In this document: positions 15,596-22,478 of the stretch, piece by piece
How the letters are laid out: each line of letters begins with the position of its first letter
How positions within the stretch are numbered: position 1 is the stretch's first letter
Source: a virus
Lineage: Duplodnaviria > Heunggongvirae > Uroviricota > Caudoviricetes
Reading direction: 5' to 3' (one strand)
IMG/VR virus record: IMGVR_UViG_3300021400_000025
Location: 1 to 22,478 of that record
Length of the DNA: 22,478 nucleotides
Notes under the pieces: model-generated
The model's database searches: none
Told to the model about the DNA's origin: nothing
The model's input: the letters and a program-made list of their open reading frames with translations, nothing else
Position numbers and translations under genes: made by a program

Positions 15596-17191
15596 TCATT
15601 TGATTCCATTTTCATTCTTGGGTGGATGATTTGGCGGCTCTGGTATCACGCTTGGTGTTTTTGGGGGTTCTGGCTTTGCATTGTTGGGCTTATTGTTCCC
15701 ATTTTCCAGTTCCGAACCACTTGGATCCACCTCTGGTTTTGGCGGTTTTGGTGGTGGCTTCACAGGAACTGGTGGAGGTTCAGGTGGCACGACTATTGGA
15801 GGTGGTGGCATTGGACGCAGTGGCATTCTCTGTGGGTAGAGGTGGTTCGGCTTCACATCAATTGGAATCTGCCCCTTTGGTGGCTTTGGTGGCTTTTCAT
15901 CGTCATCCACGTTCTCCAGCGAGTCCAGAGACTTGTTCAACTCGTCAATCTCGTATTCCAGAAAGTCCTTCTTGTCCTTCTTGAACCTGTTCTTGACAAT
16001 CTGGCCAATCGCCCCATTCGGCTTTCTCTCTACCTTGATTCCCAGATAGGCGCATATCTTGAGAACCTTGCCAATGCCGAGGTTCAGAATGTCCACGGTC
16101 TTGCCCAACGACTCCTTCAACTTGGGGTCGTCGATCTTCACCGCGACAAGGGGCAGAACCCTTGTGAGCGAGGTCATCATGTCCAACATGCCCTGGACAA
16201 GTCCAGTGACCTTTGGCATCTTGGCGAAAAACGCTATTATCTTGTTCATTTCCTTTTCGTCCTCCTCGAAGTCCAATGTTGAATCCAGCATTCCAATGCC
16301 AGTGCTGTCAATATCGAAATCGTCGTCGCCATCAAGGTCCGAGTCCGAGGATATTATCTCAGTGTCCTCATCGTCCTCGGTCTCCTTTGGCTCGAATATC
16401 TTGAAGTAGAATTCCCTTGCAGTCTTCGCGTACAAGTCCTTTTTGTCTTCTGGGTACTTCGACACATCCACCTGCTCTGGGTAGAACACGCATTCGTCCA
16501 TGAGGTAGTATTTCTTGCACAGGAAGTTCAAATCGTCCTGGAACCACAATGTCCTTCGGCAAAGGTCTATTCCACCTTCCGGTGGAATATCTGGATTCAA
16601 CTTGTCGGTGTTCCATGATGTTTCAGGCAACGTGTTTCCCTCTGGCGAAGCAGGCAACCTTGGAAATTGCGCCCCAACCGGGGGAAGTATCACCTTTGGT
16701 GGGACATGGATTCTGTCTTCCCCCTTCAGCGCAGACAGGTCAACATCCCACAGCATGTTGTAGAGCTGCTGCGTTCCACCATCTATGGGGTTCTCTATGT
16801 GGAACCGCTTCTCCACAAGAAGCATTATCCTCTCCCCCTTCTTCAGGCACATGTCAAGGCACTTGAAGAAGTATTGGTGTATGGTGTCCATCCAGTTCCT
16901 GAGATGCAACCTGTCGCGGTAGAACATGCATGTTGGAGAGACTGGGATGGCGAAGTGTGGCAGCTTGTGCTGGCGGGTGAACTTGTAGCAATTGATGAGG
17001 AACGGAAGGAAGTAGAACTTCGCCCTGTCCTACATTATGTCACTTGGCGTAAGGGTGTCCACACAGGGTCTTTCGGCGAAGGTCTTCTTCTTGCGCTTGA
17101 CCTCCTTCTCCCAAATCTCGCGGTCTTTCTTGGAAAGTTTCGGCTCCCCCTCGAAGAACTCGTTGTAGTATATGTCGGTGATGTCTGCCAT
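15596..17191 (-). CDS. Hypothetical 531-aa protein with acidic patch and Pro-rich C-terminus; in-frame TAG at 17032-17030
   Basis: MADITDIYY... (ATG 17191) continues through TAG as DRAKFYFLPFLINCYKFTRQHKLPHFAIPVSPTC into track ORF 15596..16927 without another stop. Confidence 0.8.
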
Positions 17192-17199
17192 GTTGATGC

Positions 17200-17232
17200 T
17201 ATTTACCATAATGCGCGTGGATTTTGTAAATA
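17200..17232. promoter_or_regulatory. Back-to-back divergent late promoters
   Basis: TATTTAC (17200-17206), 19 nt, GTAAATA (17226-17232) between divergent genes. Confidence 0.7.
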
Positions 17233-17275
17233 GATATATCATTTCCATATATTGAACATGGAGGTTAAAACAATC

Positions 17276-17701
17276 ATGGCAGACACTTCTCAAGCGAAGA
17301 AATACATTTCAAACGCCGACCAGTATGTTGATACTGTGGTGCTTAATGGAGCGGATGGCAGCAAGATAACATCAGAATACGACAACCACACCGCCAATTT
17401 GACATTGGAGGAACTGGAGGTTGGCGACTTCCAAGTGGACAAGTTGAATGTAGGCGGCAGAGACGTGTGGAAGCTTCTATGTGGTCTGGACAAGATATTC
17501 ATTGATTTGCAGGGGGGTCTGGATGTGGAGAACCATCAATTCGATATCCAAGAGGTTGCAGTCAGGCTTGAGAAGTTGATACAGGTTCTCAAGAATGCGA
17601 TATTGTACTCCATGCAAGCAGACGATGAAGAATCTTCGGGTGAAGGATCTTCTGGCGAAGATGTTGCAGATGAAGAGGAAGACGCCTCCATTTCGGATTG
17701 A
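17276..17701 (+). CDS. Small acidic late protein (141 aa), possibly fibre-associated
   Basis: GGAGG at 17260-17264, ATG 17276; LNVGGRDVWKLL resembles the neck motif in downstream genes. Confidence 0.75.
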   Translation: MADTSQAKKYISNADQYVDTVVLNGADGSKITSEYDNHTANLTLEELEVGDFQVDKLNVGGRDVWKLLCGLDKIFIDLQGGLDVENHQFDIQEVAVRLEKLIQVLKNAILYSMQADDEESSGEGSSGEDVADEEEDASISD

Positions 17702-17744
17702 GAAGATTGAACCAGAGCAAGGCAAACAACATGGAGGCACAACA

Positions 17745-19397
17745 ATGAGATTGAATGATATATTTTCAACCACGATGGCGATGATCACCCTTTTCGGCGT
17801 TATGTGTGCACATGGGCAGTCGGCCCCATTGTGGAAAATCGTCGCAAGTGAAAACGTGGTGACTAACGAAGTGGATCCCACATTCAGAACCTGGACGAAT
17901 GGCAATGAGGTCGTGTTCAACGCCGGCCCCAACAATTTCATCATTGGTGGCAAGTCCATGTCCCAGCTTCTTTCAGATCGCGTGGACGAAGTGGATCCAG
18001 TGTTCTCTGCTTTCAAGAATTCCAAGTACAACATATCAATTGGCCATGGAGCTTCAGCATCGTATTCACAGGGTCTTGCAATTGGCATGCCATCAATAAT
18101 CAACAGAGGGGAAAATGGGATGACGATTCTATATGCCAAAGATGGAACACGTTCATATTGGAGAAACGACTACATTGGGGATGTGTATGCCGACAGAGAG
18201 TCTGTTGCGATTGGCGACTCGGCCTTTGCTGGAAATCCAGTGACGGTGGCGATTGGCGACCAGGCAAGGGTTGGAACCCTTCATACTGACTCTGGAAACA
18301 TGTTTGGCATTTCCTTTGACAAGATGGAAGTGACAACCACCATTTCGGGAGAAACAACAACAGTCACAACCAACATCATCAAAAACGCCTACACCAATCA
18401 CTACGACATCGCCAAGTATGAAAGGCTTCCTGTCGGTGGCGGTTGGAAGAAAATTGCTTCTGGAGCTCCAATAGTGGGAGGTGGAACAACGAACATCACT
18501 GATGTCTATGAGCAAAAGGAATCTGGAGCATTGCAAGACATTTCCTATGTTGCCCCTGAGGACTGGAGCATGTATAATAGAATCATCAGTGGTGGACAAG
18601 GTGATGTTCCTCTCACCATCGCCTACTATGGCGTTGCTGTTGGCTCACGCTCATATGTGTTTGGCTATCATGGGACTGCCTTCGGGCACTATTCGCACGT
18701 TTCAAGACCTTGGGGCATGGCGATGGGATCTGAATCGCATGTCTATTCAGAGGGTGGACATGGATTTGGATATGACACCGACATCGCATCTGGTTCGCCA
18801 TATTCAATGGCTGTTGGACCGAACTGCACCATTCCTTCCGGCATGACGAACGCAATTGTGGTTGGCGTCCCCCGCGTGGTGGATTTCACGAACATGGCTT
18901 ATCGTTCCTCCGAGGGCATGATAAGGGACAGACCCACGGCCATGAAGTCAAACTCCATCAACTTCGTGTTCCATGGGGATGGCTTGAAGGACTTCTTCGT
19001 GGATGGGGTCTCCATCAAGGACAGACTTTCAAGCGAGGCCAATGTGATAGGAAATGGAAAACTCCATGTGTCCGAAGAAAGCGTGAAGGACGCGCTTGGG
19101 ATAACCGGCGACAACATCGTGTTCGCGTCAGGTGATGGAAAGATTATGCTTTTCACGAAGTCCTACATTGAGGAACAGGACGACAGCAACATCCATCTTG
19201 ACGAGATTGTGATCAACAACAAGCCACTTTCCCAGATTCTCGCCGAACAGGCTCCATCTGGTGGGGCAGACACAGAGTTCAGGGCGAAGGTTCAGAACGC
19301 GGCGGATGTTGCCCAGAACGAACTGGCAACCAATGCAACAACCATGGTGCAGGTCAAGGCAATCCTGACGAACTTCTTCAACAGCATCAAACAATAA
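17745..19397 (+). CDS. Fibre/adhesin-like protein with YadA-head (Hep/Hag)-like repeats and signal-peptide-like N-terminus (550 aa)
   Basis: GGAGG at 17733-17737; about 14-residue repeats SVAIGDSAFA, TVAIGDQARV, GVAVGSRSYV, GTAFGHYSHV, GMAMGSESHV, SMAVGPNCTI; EVDPTF/EVDPVF repeats; helical C-terminus. Confidence 0.7.
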   Translation: MRLNDIFSTTMAMITLFGVMCAHGQSAPLWKIVASENVVTNEVDPTFRTWTNGNEVVFNAGPNNFIIGGKSMSQLLSDRVDEVDPVFSAFKNSKYNISIGHGASASYSQGLAIGMPSIINRGENGMTILYAKDGTRSYWRNDYIGDVYADRESVAIGDSAFAGNPVTVAIGDQARVGTLHTDSGNMFGISFDKMEVTTTISGETTTVTTNIIKNAYTNHYDIAKYERLPVGGGWKKIASGAPIVGGGTTNITDVYEQKESGALQDISYVAPEDWSMYNRIISGGQGDVPLTIAYYGVAVGSRSYVFGYHGTAFGHYSHVSRPWGMAMGSESHVYSEGGHGFGYDTDIASGSPYSMAVGPNCTIPSGMTNAIVVGVPRVVDFTNMAYRSSEGMIRDRPTAMKSNSINFVFHGDGLKDFFVDGVSIKDRLSSEANVIGNGKLHVSEESVKDALGITGDNIVFASGDGKIMLFTKSYIEEQDDSNIHLDEIVINNKPLSQILAEQAPSGGADTEFRAKVQNAADVAQNELATNATTMVQVKAILTNFFNSIKQ

Positions 19398-19408
19398 CGA
19401 GGAAAACA

Positions 19409-20431
19409 ATGAAATCAATCAAGACAGCAATGGCGGCAATCGCAACGATGGCAACCACCATGGGGTTTGGTGGGGGACTGTACATAGTGTCTGGTGGGGA
19501 CTTCAGAAGATGTGACGCATACTGGAAAGTTGTCACGACATAGGACAACCAGACAGTGTACGCCACGCCTAAGTTCAACTAGCAGATGAGAGCGAGCATA
19601 TACGATTACTCCGCGTCAATCAAGATAGACAACTCGGTTGAGTTTCAACTTGGCAAGGAGGAGTTGCCTCGCGACAACTCTTCCATCATACAGCGCATGC
19701 AATACACATTTCCCAAGGCTGGCATACACACCATAAAGCTCTACGACCCAAATACCACCGTGAAACGCCTTATCATAGGGGAATCCCAAAGCGACCCACA
19801 GGAGACAACAATCAAGGAGTTGAAGTTCTTGGGATATTCAGTGAAGGGAGCAACCACCAACACCATAGAGAACTACACATGCTTCAACCATGTGGCTTTG
19901 GAGAAGATTGTCATCCCAGAGGGCGTGATGGGGATTGGATATCTGGCGTTTGGAAGATGCACAGGTTTGACGAAAGTGCATCTTCCCGATTCAATACGCA
20001 CCATCGGCACCGCGTTCTGGAACTGCTCCAACTTGCAGGAGATAAACATTCCATTGGGAACGACCTCTATTTCGGGCTATTTCTGCCAGGGGGCTGCAAT
20101 CAAGGAGATTGAGTTCCATTCAGAATTCACCAACCTCACGGGTGGTGCGTTCACGGGTTGCTCCAGCCTCAAGAAGGTGACTTTCTTGAACAAGAACATC
20201 TATGTCCAACCCTTGACAGGAAGTGTTGCTGCGTTCAAGAACTGCCCCAACATAGAGGTGATAAACTACGCAGGTACATTGTCTGACTGGAACGCCAACG
20301 AGTCCCTGGTGGGAAGATTCGGGGAAGCAACGCAGATAGCAGGAGACGACACGGCGTCCATACCAGCGAAAGGTGGAACATCTGGAGATCAAGGCGTCCA
20401 GAAGATTCTGCATTTCAGCTATGTCAAATGA
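19409..20431 (+). CDS. BspA/TpLRR-type leucine-rich repeat protein, paralog 1 (340 aa; in-frame TAG at 19541 and 19580)
   Basis: GAGG RBS and ATG 19409 in frame with track ORF 19586..20431; the N-terminus GGLYIVSGGDFRRCDAYWKVVTT matches paralog 2; repeats LEKIVIPEGVMGIGYLAFGRCTGLTKVHLPDSIRTIG. Confidence 0.88.
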
Positions 20432-20458
20432 CTTTTCAGATGAGAGGAGAAGGATACA

Positions 20459-21442
20459 ATGGATACAACAACCAAAAAGACATTCTTGGCAACCTTGACA
20501 GCAACCATGGCGTTATTGACGTGGGCTGTCCCCCTTCAATTGTTCAACTTGCAGCAGGAAATCAACACCAACGGAATCCAGGTGGTGAACAACAAGATGG
20601 TGTACGATGACACCAACGATGTGATCATCATACATTCAGGCAAGGACGCGGGAATAAACCTACCCACCAATGGCATAACCTTCCTCACTGACGAAAGCAT
20701 CAAGATGGGCGCAGGAAAGACCATAGAGTTGTTCACTGACGAGTTCGACACAGATTGCGAACACATCTACATCAATGGAAAGGCTCTTGACCAGATAATT
20801 GCTGAAAGGGCAACAACTGCATCGATTAACGCATTGAACCAAGCCAATCCTTTGTGGGGCAAGAAACTCGCAGTGGTGGGGGACAGCGAAGCCCAACCCA
20901 GCACCAGCTATCCTGAACGCCTCGCCGCAAGGAACAACATGGTTCTGGTCAACAAGGCAAAGGGAGGAAGTGGTCTTGTGGGAGGGCCAGAAAGCGAAAC
21001 TGCCCTTCTTCCAAACCACCTTGATTGGATTCCCAAGGATTCTGACTACATCATAGTACACATTGGCTACAACGATGGTTGGGACGCTTCAGTTGACGAC
21101 GACTCCACGGCCACCAACACGTTCAAGGGCGCGTGGAACACATTTCTTGGCAGTATCAAGGTCAACTACCCCCTTGCGAAGAAGCTCATAATGATCCCCT
21201 ATCATTGGAATCCCACACGGGAGGAAAGGGCAATTTGGATGATGTCAAGATGCGACAAATACAGTCTAGAGTACTTCGACGGAACCGTTGAATATGGTTT
21301 CAACCCAACCAACAACCCGCACTACTTCGGCAAGGAAAGTGGAGATGTGACAAGCCTTGTCCACTTCTCGGGTCTTGGACATGAGCGGGCTTCATACGAT
21401 GTGGAGCGCATGCTCAAGACAAGAGCGCAATTCTCAAAATGA
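20459..21442 (+). CDS. SGNH/GDSL-family esterase with N-terminal signal-like segment and fibre-like stalk
   Basis: Block I VVGDS, block II NKAKGGS, block III IGYND, block V SLVHFSGLGH. Confidence 0.8.
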   Translation: MDTTTKKTFLATLTATMALLTWAVPLQLFNLQQEINTNGIQVVNNKMVYDDTNDVIIIHSGKDAGINLPTNGITFLTDESIKMGAGKTIELFTDEFDTDCEHIYINGKALDQIIAERATTASINALNQANPLWGKKLAVVGDSEAQPSTSYPERLAARNNMVLVNKAKGGSGLVGGPESETALLPNHLDWIPKDSDYIIVHIGYNDGWDASVDDDSTATNTFKGAWNTFLGSIKVNYPLAKKLIMIPYHWNPTREERAIWMMSRCDKYSLEYFDGTVEYGFNPTNNPHYFGKESGDVTSLVHFSGLGHERASYDVERMLKTRAQFSK

Positions 21443-21461
21443 TCAATGAGGTAAAACAACA

Positions 21462-22433
21462 ATGAAAACAATAATGACAATGGCAATGACCATGATTGCT
21501 CTGGCAATGAACGCCGGAGGCCTGTACTTCGTCTCTGGGGGCGACTTCAGAAAGTGTGATTCATATTGGAAGATTCTCACTACGGTGGACAACCAGTTGG
21601 TGGTTTCAGCAATTCCCCAAATGACACAAGGATACAAATACAGGGACGACGGAAAGGCTAACAAGGCATCCATCAAGATTGAGCCAAATGTGGAGATTCC
21701 ACTTGGCTACAGCATAGTCACAAACGTTGGAAACAACAACTACTAGATAAACTCCACCAACTATGTGTTCGCCAAAGCCGGCATACACACCATAAAGCTC
21801 TACGACCCGAACAAAACAGTGCATTAGATGCGTTTTGCAGGCGACAACAACATAGTTGCATCTTCAAACCTGGTGGAGTACAAGATGCTATCGTACACAT
21901 ATATTCAAGCAAACAGTTGCTACAACTGTCCATTGCTCGAAAAGGTGATAATCCCAGAAGGAGTTGAAAAAGTCAACTATGGCGTTTTGTGCAAATGCCC
22001 GAAATTGGTGGAGGTGACGCTTCCTGACTCAATCACCAACATGGATGGCACTGTGTTGTGGCAATGCACTGGCTTGAAGAGCGTGAACATCCCCAACAAG
22101 CTGAAAAGCATTGGATAGAATTTTTGCCATAATACGGCAGTGACCAATGTTGTGTTTCCAGCAGCATGTGAAAACATCTTGGGCTTTGGTTCTTGCCGCA
22201 ACTTGACTGAAATCACATTGCTGAACAAGAATGTGCAAGTGAATGCAAGCTGGGGCTTCAAGGACGCAACGCGCCTGAGGGTCATCAACTACGCTGGCAC
22301 TCTGGAAGAGTGGAACGCCAACGAATCTCTTGTGACTAGATGGGGTGAAGGAACAGACACAGAAGTTGAGAATCGCGCCACGATTGGCAGTGGTTCATCC
22401 GCAATCACATTGAACTACAACTACACGAGGTAA
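21462..22433 (+). CDS. BspA/TpLRR-type leucine-rich repeat protein, paralog 2 (323 aa; in-frame TAG at 21744, 21825, 22116)
   Basis: Three track ORFs lie in one frame separated only by TAG; collinear with paralog 1 (KAGIHTIKLYDPN, EKVIIPEGV, LPDSI, LNKN, INYAGTL..WNANESLV); TAA stop. Confidence 0.88.
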
Positions 22434-22440
22434 AACAACA

Positions 22441-22478
22441 ATGAAAACGATAAAGAACACAATAATGGCAAGTGTGGT
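22441..22478 (+). CDS. Start of the next gene of the same cluster (MKTIKNTIMASV...), truncated by the window edge
   Basis: The 22-nt RBS/start block gaggtaaaacaacaatgaaaac (22427-22448) is identical to 21448-21469. Confidence 0.7.
   Translation, partial: MKTIKNTIMASV

Noticed and set aside
13049-22118. TAG as pyrrolysine
   Set aside because: No pyl genes are present and the TAGs fall at non-catalytic positions in unrelated proteins; Gln is the established phage reassignment, although the residue is not proven here.
12449-22433. tnpB, the Pro-rich gene and the LRR genes as pseudogenes
   Set aside because: All seven breaks are TAG, in frame, with intact motifs on both sides; random decay would also give TAA/TGA and frameshifts.
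19409-22433. Diversity-generating retroelement TR/VR pair
   Set aside because: No reverse transcriptase in the window; both copies are full genes and the differences are not confined to adenines.
1-22478. Suppressor tRNA (CUA anticodon) or other tRNA
   Set aside because: No cloverleaf with a T-loop was found in the intergenic regions by eye. The 7-nt loops at 52-58 and 5539-5545 look anticodon-like but lack D and T arms. tRNAscan on the full genome is needed.

Overview
This window comes from a large T4-like (contractile-tailed) bacteriophage that appears to read TAG as a sense codon (code 15, probably Gln). Seven in-frame TAGs interrupt four otherwise intact genes (tnpB, a Pro-rich gene, two LRR paralogs), and none of these genes has a TAA/TGA break or a frameshift. 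Left to right: a 1260-aa tail sheath gene; a Zn-finger/PD-(D/E)XK homing-endonuclease-like gene whose promoter and hairpin leader recur at the left edge; a minus-strand cluster with sigma70-type promoters carrying pncA, a Prs/Adps-like gene, a NAMPT/Namat-like gene and nadE among small ORFs; a solo, catalytically intact TnpB with one TAG, a late-type promoter and an omegaRNA-like 3' end; a candidate small RNA; then late genes behind back-to-back GTAAATA motifs (SleB-type hydrolase, YadA-head-like fibre, SGNH esterase, BspA-like LRR paralogs). Best leads: (1) a four-gene NAD+ reconstitution route that probably runs through nicotinate, because the NAMPT-fold enzyme has Ser at the position of human Asp219 and sits with PncA and NadE; (2) a phage-adapted TnpB whose full-length translation needs TAG recoding; (3) a GGGAUU-loop 5' hairpin shared by two NAD-gene leaders. 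All calls come from manual motif reading; no database search was run.
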